From: an uncultured Fibrobacterota bacterium | GTDB lineage: Bacteria > Fibrobacterota > Chitinivibrionia > Chitinivibrionales > FEN-1185 | Assembly (NCBI GenBank): GCA_963753345.1 | Contig: CAVWBU010000028.1 | Location: 1 to 64,000, forward strand | Direction: 5' to 3' | DNA: 64,000 nt | Part shown: one piece after another, positions 19,112 to 29,117 of the stretch | How the letters are laid out: each line of letters starts with the position of its first letter | Position numbering within the stretch: the first letter of the stretch is position 1 | Notes under the pieces: generated by a model | Database searches by the model: none | What the model was told of the DNA's origin: nothing | What the model saw: the letters and a program-made list of their open reading frames with translations, nothing else | Made by a program: the position numbers and the translations under genes

Positions 19112-21328
19112 ATGCGCTTTTATCGAAATGCCCTGATCCTCACCGCGATCCTTTTGGGCGCCGCGTACGGCGCCAACGCGCCCACAGCCAGCGTAAAGTC
19201 CGGCTCGGCCGCACGTGCTGCTGCTCAGCAGAAATCCGCGGCCCGCACAAAGGCCCTTGCCGCGCTCAATCCCTATGTGCAGGACTCGGCCGCGCTTGCG
19301 AAAAAAGACCTGCCTTTGCACGCGCATATCGCCGTGATCGCCAGGGCTTTCGGCGACTCCGTGGTGGTCAGATGGGCGCCCTCAAAACCCGGCGGCTGGC
19401 TCTTTGGCAACAAGAACGGCTACGTGGTGGAACGCTATGTGATTTCCGGCAATCTGTCCAAAGGCCCGGTCCCATTCGAGCGGCTGAACGCGCAGCCCGC
19501 AAAACCGCTTACACTCGAGGATTGGAAAAAGAACTCAAAGCCCGAAGACCGTCTTGCGGCCATTGCGGCGCAGGTACTGTACGGAAAGCAGATGGTCACG
19601 AAAGGTGCCTACGGCGGCGGACTCTCCTATATCAAGTTCGCGGCCGACGAGCTTGAAAACCGCTGGGGATTCGCCCTCTTCGCGGCGGACAACAGCGCCC
19701 ATGCGGCCGACGGGCTCGGTCTGCGGTTGGTTGACAGAACAGTAAAACCGGGGCAGAAGATCATCTACCGGGTGTACGCGGTTTCCGGCGATGCGTCGTA
19801 CCATCTCGACACCGGCGCGGTGATGGTCGACGTGCAGGCGGCGCGGCCCGTTGAGGGGCCGGGCAATCTCGCCGCCGACGGCGGCGACGGAAGGATCATG
19901 CTGTCGTGGAGCACCGCCTTTCCCGAACACTTCTCGGGCTATTACGTGGAACGGTCCGACGACAACGGCGTGAGGTTTCGGCGCCTGAACGCCGTTCCAC
20001 TTGTCAACGTTCATAATCGTTCGTCAAAAGACGACAACCTGTATTATTCGGACACAAGTGTCATAAATTACCGTCATTACCGCTACAAGGTTTGCGGCGT
20101 TACTCCATTCGCCGAAATTTCAGAACCGGTGGAGATCGAAGCCTTCGGACGCGATCTCACACCTCCGGCGCCTCCTCATGTTAACAAACCGAAACGGACC
20201 GGCGAGCACAAAGTGAAGCTGACGTGGGAGATGCCGGTGCTGTCCCCCGATCTTCACGGCTTTGTCGTCACCCGCAGCGAGAATCCCGTGCGGTTCTTCC
20301 ATCCGCTAACCGACAAATTGCTGCCCGTAAAGGCCCGCGAGTTCGTCGACACCGCGGCGAATTTCGACGAACCGTATTATATCGTAAGTTCCATTGACAC
20401 GGCCGGCAACATTGCGCCTTCGCTGCCGCTCTACGTGGTGTTTCGCGATTCTACACCGCCCGCGCAGCCTACCGGTCTCACCGCCGCAATCGACTCGACC
20501 GGCGTGGTTAAGCTCCATTGGCACGCGAACCCGGACAGCACCCGCATGCTCGGCTACCGGCTCATGTGGGCCAACGACGCCCGCCACGAGTTCTCACAGG
20601 TTACCTCCGAAGTGATCCGCGACACGGCATACGTGGACACCGTTTCGGTGAAGACCCTTACCCGCTCCGTGTATTTCAAATTGGTGGCGCTCAACAGTTG
20701 GTATGTGCCTTCGAAACCATCGGCGATCCTCGAAGTGAAGCGGCCGCATCTTATTAAGCCCGTTGCCCCCGTCATTGTGAGCGTGAGCGTCACCGACTCC
20801 ACCATAAGGCTGGGATGGGCCAGGTCGCCAAGCGCGATGATCGACAGACAGATTATCGTGCGCAAGGGACCTTCGGACACGGGATGGATCACCGTTGCGT
20901 CCCTGCCGCCGCGCGATTCCTTCTGGACCGACCGCAAGGTCACCCGCGCCGTGACCTGCCTGTACGCGATTAGCGTCCACGACAGCGGGGGGCTTTCTTC
21001 CGCGCGGTCGCCCGTCATGCGCGGTCGGCCCTACGATCCCGGCGTTCTTCCGGAGGTGAAAAACCTGAAAGCTGTTTACAATAAGGGAAGCCGCGCGGTG
21101 GAACTGCAATGGGCCTGGGCGACTCCCATTACCGACGCGTGGTTTGTGATTTATCGGGGCGTGGGAAAAGCGGCGATCACCGAATATCAATCTGTCGATG
21201 CAACGAAAACGGCCTTCGTCGATAACGGCGTACCCAACAAATCACAAATCCGGTACGCCGTGCGGTGCGAGACCCGCTCAGGGTCGAAGTCGCCGTTGTC
21301 AAAGGGCGCGGAGGTGCAGACGCCGTAA
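19112..21328 (+). CDS. Exported multi-fibronectin type III protein
   Basis: GAGGTG RBS; signal peptide; repeated FN3 units (VVVRWAP, IMLSWS..GYYVERS, VKLTWE..GFVVTRS, VKLHWH..GYRL, IRLGW, VELQW). Confidence 0.85.
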   Translation: MRFYRNALILTAILLGAAYGANAPTASVKSGSAARAAAQQKSAARTKALAALNPYVQDSAALAKKDLPLHAHIAVIARAFGDSVVVRWAPSKPGGWLFGNKNGYVVERYVISGNLSKGPVPFERLNAQPAKPLTLEDWKKNSKPEDRLAAIAAQVLYGKQMVTKGAYGGGLSYIKFAADELENRWGFALFAADNSAHAADGLGLRLVDRTVKPGQKIIYRVYAVSGDASYHLDTGAVMVDVQAARPVEGPGNLAADGGDGRIMLSWSTAFPEHFSGYYVERSDDNGVRFRRLNAVPLVNVHNRSSKDDNLYYSDTSVINYRHYRYKVCGVTPFAEISEPVEIEAFGRDLTPPAPPHVNKPKRTGEHKVKLTWEMPVLSPDLHGFVVTRSENPVRFFHPLTDKLLPVKAREFVDTAANFDEPYYIVSSIDTAGNIAPSLPLYVVFRDSTPPAQPTGLTAAIDSTGVVKLHWHANPDSTRMLGYRLMWANDARHEFSQVTSEVIRDTAYVDTVSVKTLTRSVYFKLVALNSWYVPSKPSAILEVKRPHLIKPVAPVIVSVSVTDSTIRLGWARSPSAMIDRQIIVRKGPSDTGWITVASLPPRDSFWTDRKVTRAVTCLYAISVHDSGGLSSARSPVMRGRPYDPGVLPEVKNLKAVYNKGSRAVELQWAWATPITDAWFVIYRGVGKAAITEYQSVDATKTAFVDNGVPNKSQIRYAVRCETRSGSKSPLSKGAEVQTP

Positions 21329-21510
21329 TTTAATGTAGAATGTAGAATGGAAATACAAAATCCGTTTTGCAATCTACAATTAAAGAGGCATTTACATCCG
21401 CTTTCCGCAATCCGTATAGATTGTGAATCCTTGGATTGATGATTGAAAAGTGTTTCAATCCGCATTCCGCAATACCTGCCCTGAGCTTTGTCGAAGGGAT
21501 CAATCCACAA

Positions 21511-21700
21511 TTCTCCGTGGGTGCCCCCACACAGGAGTCTGGTTCCGCAACTGCTTCCACTTGGGGGCCACCCAGGAGGGGGAGCGCCCGCCCAACAGGA
21601 AGGGCGGAAAGCGCCGCAGGACACCGCAGGCCGAAGGCCGAGGAGGCCGGAGCGAGGGGGACGACCCTTGGAAGTACCCGACGGGGTAAACTTCCCCCAC
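21511..21700. repeat. Family B structured repeat, copy 1 (with internal insertions)
   Basis: CTCCGTGGGTGCCCCC..GGGGGCCACCCAGGAGGGGG..GGGGGA..TTCCCCC; homologues at 32697, 44141 and 53526. Confidence 0.85.
21662..21688. mobile_element. 27-nt insertion module CGACCCTTGGAAGT plus hairpin, copy 1
   Basis: Absent from the other family B copies; removing it restores the GGGGGAA-AC-TTCCCCC hairpin. Confidence 0.7.
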
Positions 21701-21739
21701 AATTTCTTTTTATAATTCTTCAATCTCCTTTGTTCGCAT

Positions 21740-22978
21740 TTACCAAACACACGCAATCTTCCCGGTCTGAGTTTTTCCCGCATATTCCGCCAAGTACACG
21801 TAGAGTCCCGGCTTGACCCTCTTTCCCTGTTCGTCGATGTTGTTCCACACCGGATTCCTTCCTATCAAGTGACGGACCGCACGGCCCTGCTCGTCGCACA
21901 CCGTCACGGCGATCAGCCGATCTCGGTCCCCGCCCCTTGCCGCAAACGTTGTCCGGCCATGCGCGGCATTGGCGACAACCTGTATACTTTGGGGGGCTTC
22001 GGGAATACCAATTTCAACATCACGTACCCCGCTCTGCGTAGAACCCTGCCACACGCGCACGTAATCGATGTCGAACGTGTCAATGGCGCTCAGGTTCGGC
22101 AGCGTGCAGGCTGCCGCCCGGCACCAGTCGTTTTCCACCATCTGCTGGATCAGGATATAACCAGGGGTCCGGGCGATGTTCGAGTTGTTGGTGCCGGGCG
22201 TGGGGAATGTGCCGGCGGCTGTCCCGTCGAGGTAAAAGGTGAGGTGGTCGGCTTCCCAATCCACGCCGATGGTATGGAACGCGTTGGAAAAATCCCCGGC
22301 CGGTCCGGTGCCGTTGTTGCCGGTTCCGGTGTTGGGGGTCCAGCTCTTGTTGCGGGCCGAGTCGGTGGGCAGGCCGTCGAACCAGTTGTAATGCATCCAC
22401 ATGGTGCGCGGGTCGTTGCCCAGCACTTCCAGAATGTCAATTTCCCATTCGTAATTGTAATTCTTCTTGTCTGGGAGCATCCAGAACGCGCCGAAAAACC
22501 CTGAGACATTGACGATCTTCAGCCGGGCCTCAATGTACCCGTACAGGAACGAAAACTTGTACGGGGTGAGCGAGTTGGTGTTGGCGCGGGCGGAGATAAG
22601 CTCGCCCGACTTGTACGAATTCGCGAACGTGGTGATTCCGGGATTTGGCTGCGCCACAAGATGGCACACCCCGTTGCTCACCTGGATCTGCGACGGATAG
22701 TAATTCTCCCGCCCGTTGTTGAACGAGCCCACCCCGCCCCAGTCGGCATAGGGATTCCAGATTGACGTATCGTAGGCCGTGCCGCTAAAATCATCGTTGA
22801 GGATCAGCTTCCAGGAGCTCATTCCGGTCGGCAGGGGAACGGCGGCCGGCGGCAGCGGATCTGCTGCAAGCACGCGCTCGGGCAAACCGGTGATGAAAAG
22901 CCCAAGCCAAAAAGAGCAGTAAACCGGCACCCATTGACCGCGTGATGCGGAAAGGATTCTTCCTGTCTGCAGCTTCAT
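21740..22978 (-). CDS. Glycoside hydrolase family 16 with FlgD-Ig/CTD-like tail
   Basis: GGAGG RBS; DDFSG, FLYGYIEAR, AFWML, WEIDILE, DIDYVRVWQ; tail DEQGR..PGLYVY. Confidence 0.9.
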   Translation of the reverse strand: MKLQTGRILSASRGQWVPVYCSFWLGLFITGLPERVLAADPLPPAAVPLPTGMSSWKLILNDDFSGTAYDTSIWNPYADWGGVGSFNNGRENYYPSQIQVSNGVCHLVAQPNPGITTFANSYKSGELISARANTNSLTPYKFSFLYGYIEARLKIVNVSGFFGAFWMLPDKKNYNYEWEIDILEVLGNDPRTMWMHYNWFDGLPTDSARNKSWTPNTGTGNNGTGPAGDFSNAFHTIGVDWEADHLTFYLDGTAAGTFPTPGTNNSNIARTPGYILIQQMVENDWCRAAACTLPNLSAIDTFDIDYVRVWQGSTQSGVRDVEIGIPEAPQSIQVVANAAHGRTTFAARGGDRDRLIAVTVCDEQGRAVRHLIGRNPVWNNIDEQGKRVKPGLYVYLAEYAGKTQTGKIACVW

Positions 22979-23065
22979 TTTTCCTCCTTGTTCAAAGACC
23001 ATTGCCCGGGCAATTCGCTATTTGCAGCGCCATACGTTCTTGCACAAATAACGTTTCTTTTCTAT

Positions 23066-24796
23066 CTACTTCCTGTTTCCGGCCGGAAGCGTTTCCAACG
23101 AGTCCGCATCCCGGGGATTCCTGCGGACCGTTGCCAAGGGAACATGCCTGTATGTTGCATATTCTTTTTGCGCTCCACGTGCTTCGCCGAGTCTGTGTAC
23201 GGCCGGCGTAAACAAGGAATCCGCGGCAATGGCCCGGCCGAAACACTCTATTGCCAATGTTGTGTCGCCAAGCATTTCATAAGCATTGCCGCAGTTGAAA
23301 TTCGCAAGGACATCGGTTGAGTCTTTGGCAAGCAATGCTTTGAACAAAGGAATGGCTTCCTTGGGCCTTCCCTGCTTGAGATAGATGAGTCCAAGGTTCA
23401 ATCGAGGCATCCATTGATCCGGTCGCAGCGCAAGCGATGCGGCAAAACAACGAAACGCCTCGTGGTCGCTGTGGTGGGAAAGCAGGTAATTTCCTTTGAT
23501 ATTATAGGCAAAATAATTCGCCTTTGAAACGGCAAGTCCATGGTCGCCGAGGGTAACATCGTTTTGCCAATAATCAACCTGTTTTCGCGTTTGATACGTG
23601 GCACAACAGAGCACAACAAGAGAACCGGTTACAACAATGACTTTGACGATGCTGCTGCGGGACGCAATATCGCGCAGAAGCCATGCGATAATGATGAAAA
23701 GCCCGATAAGGGGAACATAGGTATACCGGTCTGCCATTGCCTGGGATCCGACCGGGACAATGCCGATGACGGGCACCAACGTTCCAAGAAACCAGAGCCA
23801 CCCCATAATTACGTAAGGCATTTTTTTGGCAACGGTGAGCGCAACGCCTGTCAACGCGATGAGGATTATGCAGGAAAACAACAGGTCCCACAACGACGGC
23901 ATGACAACAGGAAAGGGATAAAAGAACGAAAGGTTTACAGGCCAGAACATTTTTCCGATGTAGCTCACATAAGAAATTAGGGAATTTGCAAGTCCCGACA
24001 AAAGGGACAATGAATCGGTTTTTCCAATTGCTTCTCCCCCGTGCTGTGCCAGGACGGTAATGACGCATGAAGCCGCTGCGAGACAAAAAAACGGTATCTT
24101 GTCGACAAGTAGGAATAACAGGTCTTTTTTACGGATGGCATTGCCGGGCGTCAGGTCAGGTTCGGCATGCAAAGCGTGCAGGCGAAGAGGCCAGAAATCA
24201 AGTAGCAGCAGCACAAAGGGCAGCGTTACGAGCATGGGCTTTGCCATGAGGCCAAAGGCAAACGCAATAACCGCCCCAAAATAGCAGAGCCGCCTTCTGC
24301 GGATGGAAAATGATGAATAGAACAGAAGGGTGACCATCATGAAGAACGTGCTCAAAACATCTTTTCTTTCGGACACCCAGGCAACCGATTCGACGTGGAG
24401 AGGGTGAAGCCCGAAGAGCGCCGCGACAAGCGCGCTCCTCCATACGGCGCCCGTTGCGCCCCTGAGAAGCAAAAACAGAAGTAGCGTGTTGAGAACGTGA
24501 AATACCAGGCTGGTAAGATGGTGTCCCGCCGGTTTAAGCCCGTAGAGTTCACAGTCGAGCGTATGCGAAAACCATGTGAGCGGGTGCCAGTTTGCGGCAT
24601 AAAACGAGGTAAATGACCAGAGAATGTTTTTCTTACTAAATCCGGAGGTGATATGATAATTATTGGAGACGTACTGATAGTCATCGAAGGTGATAAAATC
24701 ACATTTGTCAATCTTCCAATACGCAAACAACGTGGCTGCAACAAGCAGAAAAAGTATCAAATACAACGATTGTCGCGACGGTGTTGCGCTGTTCAT
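23066..24796 (-). CDS. GT-C type membrane glycosyltransferase (TMTC-like) with C-terminal TPRs
   Basis: FDDYQYV, NWHPLTW, HPLHVESVAWVSERKDVL, ADRYTYVP, YWQND; TPR tail. Confidence 0.9.
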   Translation of the reverse strand: MNSATPSRQSLYLILFLLVAATLFAYWKIDKCDFITFDDYQYVSNNYHITSGFSKKNILWSFTSFYAANWHPLTWFSHTLDCELYGLKPAGHHLTSLVFHVLNTLLLFLLLRGATGAVWRSALVAALFGLHPLHVESVAWVSERKDVLSTFFMMVTLLFYSSFSIRRRRLCYFGAVIAFAFGLMAKPMLVTLPFVLLLLDFWPLRLHALHAEPDLTPGNAIRKKDLLFLLVDKIPFFCLAAASCVITVLAQHGGEAIGKTDSLSLLSGLANSLISYVSYIGKMFWPVNLSFFYPFPVVMPSLWDLLFSCIILIALTGVALTVAKKMPYVIMGWLWFLGTLVPVIGIVPVGSQAMADRYTYVPLIGLFIIIAWLLRDIASRSSIVKVIVVTGSLVVLCCATYQTRKQVDYWQNDVTLGDHGLAVSKANYFAYNIKGNYLLSHHSDHEAFRCFAASLALRPDQWMPRLNLGLIYLKQGRPKEAIPLFKALLAKDSTDVLANFNCGNAYEMLGDTTLAIECFGRAIAADSLFTPAVHRLGEARGAQKEYATYRHVPLATVRRNPRDADSLETLPAGNRK

Positions 24797-24860
24797 GGAA
24801 TAGGGAAAGATCCTTTAATGGAAAAGCCTTTATCGACCAACGCGCACCCGCGTAACCGCA

Positions 24861-26618
24861 TTATCTGATAACCGTCACCTTTTGCACCGCAGTATTCCTG
24901 TCTTTTGCGATGAAATAGATTCCCTCTGTTTTCAAAGACGTTGGATTAACGGTATTCCCCGCCATATTGTAAACCTTCAAATCTTCCATAGTATGAAGAT
25001 ACCGTTGCAAAAGCGCCGCCTTGATCGGGTTAGGCAGGCGGAGCACAGAGGCATTGGCGGTTTGCATTCCGTAGACTACACCGCCCGTGACTGGATACTC
25101 GTACGCGCCGATGTCCCATGCCGGGCCTTGCGGCCGCACAACACCGTCCTTGTCGTCCGTGAAATAGGTGCTCAGCGAAATCCCCGCATCTTTTGCCACC
25201 GTATCCGTTGACGCGAGATGCAGGTTGTTGTTTGCATTGTTCGGGGAATAACTGACAAATGCCGGTGCGTTGGTCTTGCCGTGCGGCTCCCTGGCGGCGA
25301 CCCAGCCGGCGGCCGAATAATCGGTGCCGTTGTAGTAAATATGTGGAGCTATGGTGCTGTTGTAATAGACGTTGGCGTCAAAAGAAAACGACGCATTGGT
25401 AAAACCGGTGCTGGCCGCGATATAGATATTCTGATACTGCGCCCCGTTGCCGCAGTTGTAGAAGATGTTGTTTTTTATTTCGTTGCCCGAACCGCTGGGG
25501 TTGCTGTTGAATCCGTTGAAGCGCACCGTCACAAAGCCGACATTTTTCCCGTTGTCAAAACCGGTGTTGTCCACAAAGGTGTTGTTGAGCAGCTTGAAGT
25601 TGGTGATGGAAGTCATGGCGTTGCTGGAGGAGTTGTACAACCGGAAATATTCCGGATAGGGGTCGATTACCTGCACTATGTGGAAGAGATTGTTGTAGAT
25701 CCACACGTCGTGCGGCGTTTTGTTGTTATAGCAGTCGTAATCGATATGCGAATCCCCCACGTTGGTGAACTCATTGTCGTAAATTTTATTGAAGTTGCCC
25801 TGAAGCTGGAACATGTCCGGATGCTGATCCGAGGTGATCACCGACGTTGCGGAGACCCTGAAGGTATTTCTGTAGGCGGACATCCCGCCGTAGGGCTGGA
25901 TGCCGTCCGGCCCGCCGCAGGAGTCGTTGTCCAGTGTCTCGATGGAATTATCATGTATCTTCACCTCATCCCACGTGGTTCCGTCCGCCCCCACCGCGAT
26001 CGCCGCATCACCCCGTATTTGTGTAAGATTTGAATATCTTATTTCGGTGCCCGCGGTTCCCGAGAACAGCGCCAGACCGTTGTTACAATTGGTGATATCG
26101 ATATGATCGATAATAACAGCCGTAATTCCATCACCGTAGATGGAGGTTGCCGCCGTGCGATTCGTAATATTGCGCAGGTTTTTCAAGCCGATGTGATTTT
26201 GTCCATTTACATTCCCGCTGATAGTAATGTAGCTGCGGCCGCTTAGGGCAATGCCGCTTACCGTCGCGTTATCTCCCAGCGCATCATAATCAAATACCGC
26301 GGTCCCGTTATGGCTCGCGTTGGCGGCATCCACCGTAATGGTAATCGGATTGCCCGAAGATCCACTTGCTCCGACCGACCATGACTCGGTATACGTTTTT
26401 GTTCCGCCGGACGGTCCGCCGCTGATGTAGACGAAGTCGCCCGGATGAACGCTTGACCATGCAATGTTCGAAAAATTCTTATAAGCGGTCGCCCACGACT
26501 GACCGTTTCCCGAAGCCGCCACCGCATTGTCGACATACCAGGAAGCTGCCCGTGCATCGCCGGCCCCGGACAGTATTGCGGCGAGTGCAACGAACATTGA
26601 TGCTGCTTGCTTATTCAT
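24861..26618 (-). CDS. Secreted right-handed beta-helix protein with choice-of-anchor-Q-like motif and CTD
   Basis: Signal peptide; GNGQSWATA; IYNNLF, NNTF, KNNIF repeats; DKDGVVRPQGPAWDIGAYEY; VYNMAGN..GIYFI. Confidence 0.85.
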   Translation of the reverse strand: MNKQAASMFVALAAILSGAGDARAASWYVDNAVAASGNGQSWATAYKNFSNIAWSSVHPGDFVYISGGPSGGTKTYTESWSVGASGSSGNPITITVDAANASHNGTAVFDYDALGDNATVSGIALSGRSYITISGNVNGQNHIGLKNLRNITNRTAATSIYGDGITAVIIDHIDITNCNNGLALFSGTAGTEIRYSNLTQIRGDAAIAVGADGTTWDEVKIHDNSIETLDNDSCGGPDGIQPYGGMSAYRNTFRVSATSVITSDQHPDMFQLQGNFNKIYDNEFTNVGDSHIDYDCYNNKTPHDVWIYNNLFHIVQVIDPYPEYFRLYNSSSNAMTSITNFKLLNNTFVDNTGFDNGKNVGFVTVRFNGFNSNPSGSGNEIKNNIFYNCGNGAQYQNIYIAASTGFTNASFSFDANVYYNSTIAPHIYYNGTDYSAAGWVAAREPHGKTNAPAFVSYSPNNANNNLHLASTDTVAKDAGISLSTYFTDDKDGVVRPQGPAWDIGAYEYPVTGGVVYGMQTANASVLRLPNPIKAALLQRYLHTMEDLKVYNMAGNTVNPTSLKTEGIYFIAKDRNTAVQKVTVIR

Positions 26619-26900
26619 CGTTTCTCCTTTTGCCCGGTCGTCGCTGGAGAGAGCAGGCGATAAGGCCGCTGTTTCAACCTTGCCTGATCACGGGAATGCT
26701 TCAAAGGTAATATAGGGATATTTGGGCACAATTTGCAAGAAAATCCTCGCTTGCGCACCGCCAGGAAATTAGCGATTATCTCAAACATTTTCGGGCAAAA
26801 CCGATTATATTAATGGGGGAACATTTGGCAGCTTCCTTCAACCAGATTAGTATAGTTGACGACACCGGAAATTAAACCACTTAAACCAAAGGATCTTTGT

Positions 26901-28579
26901 ATGAATCTCAACAAATTCTGCCGGTCGGTTGCGATCTTCAGGAACATCATGGTTATGGCAATTGGTCTTTTCGTGGTCGGGACAACCTACGGACAGAGCG
27001 TTGTATGGATGCGTTCATCCAGCGGCGGGGACAAGCTAAAGACCCAAGCCCTTACGTTTGCCCCAACAGGAACTGCGCCGGCGGTCAGCATTACCGTGAG
27101 CCCCGGCGACCAAGTATCAGACCATGGTGGGATTCGGCGGTTCTTTCACCGATGCAGGCGCCTGGTCTTTGAACTACCTTAGCGCGACAGACCGCGCGGC
27201 AGTGGTGGCAGCTTACTTTGGGCCGTCGGGCGCAAACTATGAAGTCTGCCGCTCACAGATGGGTGCCAGCGATTTTTCCGCCGGCCTGTACAGCTACGAC
27301 GACCAGGCCGGAGACTATTCCCTGAGTCATTTCACCATGGCACACGACTCCGTATATATGCTCCCCTGGGAAAAAGAAGCGATTACCCTCAACCCCGATC
27401 TCAAAATATTCGGATCGCCGTGGAGCGCTCCCGGTTGGATGAAAACGAGTGGCCAAATGGATAACGGCGGAACATTGCTTCCGAGTTGCGACACCACCTG
27501 GTCGCTTTATTTTGTCAAGTGGTATCAGGCATACAAGGCCTTTGGGGTGACGCCATGGGGAGTAACAGTCCAGAACGAGCCGCGGCGCGGTCCAATCCTG
27601 GCCGTCCATGACCTTTACGGATGTTGCAGAGCGCGATTTTGTAAAGAACTACCTTGGGCCTATGTTGGCAAGAAACGGTCTTGGTCCAACCGTACTCAAT
27701 CTCATGTTTCTCGATCATAACAGGGACATGATGGTCCAATGGGCAAACACCTTTTACGCAGATGCCACCGTGACCGGCATGGTCTGGGGTGAGGCGATTC
27801 ACTGGTACGACTACCAGAACCTGTTCAGCGCCGTCAATCAGGTTTACACGCAGTACGATATTGCCGGTCCTCATAAGCACATCCTTGCAACGGAACAGTG
27901 CATCACGGGCTTCAATCAGAACAATCCTCCGTCGTGGCAAAACAGCGCCGAACTATATGCCCACGACATCTGGGGTGATTGCACAAACGGTTCCGAAGGC
28001 TGGGTCGATTGGAACATGATACTTAATCAACAGGGAGGCCCGAACGTATCCAACAACTGGTGCGATGCCGGGATCCTTATCAACACTGCGGCAAAAACAT
28101 ACCAATTCAGGCCGGTTTACTATGCCATGGCCCAGTATTCGAGATATGTCCGGACCGGAGCGGTGCGCATAGGCTGCACGGCTGCCGGCGCCAATTCTCC
28201 GGAAGTGATGGCGTTTAAGAACCCTGACTCCAGCTACGTCGTCATCGCGCACAATGGCGCGAACGCCTCATACAACGGCCGGGTCGTTATCGGGAGCACC
28301 GAGATAGATTATGCCACCACGCCCTATTCCATCGATGATTTCGTATGGTACCCCAACGGGGTTTCGGTCACCAATAATGTCAGCAAAGTCCACTCTGCCG
28401 CGAAAAGCAACCTGACCGCATGGCGGCACGTGATGGGCCTCAACAGTACACCGTACCAGCAGGCTGCCGGTTCGGAAAGCTACACGGTATCGGGCAAACG
28501 GATCGCGCAGTCATCCGCGGTCCGTGTCGGCGCCGGCGTATACGTGGACAAACCAAGCGACAACTCAGTGGCGAAGTAG
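26901..28579 (+). CDS. Glycoside hydrolase family 30 with CTD, two +1 frameshifts (~27105, ~27583)
   Basis: YQTMVGFGGSFTD, MGASDFS, SPWSAPGWMK, VQNEP, AIHWY, LATEQC, WVDWNM; frames join if one base is removed at each site. Confidence 0.85.
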
Positions 28580-28585
28580 GCACAC

Positions 28586-28624
28586 AAGGAACCCCCGCTT
28601 TATGCAGCGGGGGTTCCTTTTTTT
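28586..28624 (+). terminator. Rho-independent terminator after GH30
   Basis: AAGGAACCCCCGCT / AGCGGGGGTTCCTT stem followed by a T-run. Confidence 0.85.
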
Positions 28625-28770
28625 GGTGCGAAGATGCATGCGGCCTCTGCTTCATGGCCTTCCTTGAGATAGTAAAGGACCACGGCCACAGGCCGTGGCT
28701 TTGATGAGGGGGTATAACCCCCGAAATCAAAGAAAAGCGCGTCGGCGCTTTTGCGTAACATTGTGCACCA

Positions 28771-28797
28771 CGACCCTTGGAAGTCCCTGACGAGGGA
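28771..28797. mobile_element. 27-nt insertion module, copy 2
   Basis: CGACCCTTGGAAGTCCCTGACGAGGGA; removing it restores the perfect hairpin ACCACGCCC-ATA-GGGCGTGGT. Confidence 0.7.
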
Positions 28798-28898
28798 CGC
28801 CCATAGGGCGTGGTCTCTTTTCGAGAAAACGCCACAGGCTTACCACAAAAGTCCTTTCAGGCTGCACAAAATAAATTTCCTGGTAGATTAGATGAATT

Positions 28899-28926
28899 TT
28901 GACGGACGTTGTTTTTATTTTATATT
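28899..28926 (+). promoter_or_regulatory. Possible sigma70 promoter TTGACG-N16-TATATT
   Basis: Consensus-like boxes about 190 nt upstream of the 29118 start. Confidence 0.4.
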
Positions 28927-29117
28927 GTAATAGTCCGGCAGTATCGCCCTGCTGTCGCCGTGTAACCAGTTTCGGAACAATAACCTCCGGCGGGTTTCCG
29001 GATTCCGGCGTTGAAAGAGTGCGCCGGAGGCTGGAAAGAAAAGCGTCGGCCTTTACAAAAGCGTCAAATGATTTCCAAAAGACATTCCACCAAACTTTTA
29101 TCAAAGGAGTCTTACGA

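Noticed and set aside
28927-29110. c-di-GMP or other known riboswitch in the leader
   Set aside because: Hairpins are present but I could not match a known aptamer consensus by eye
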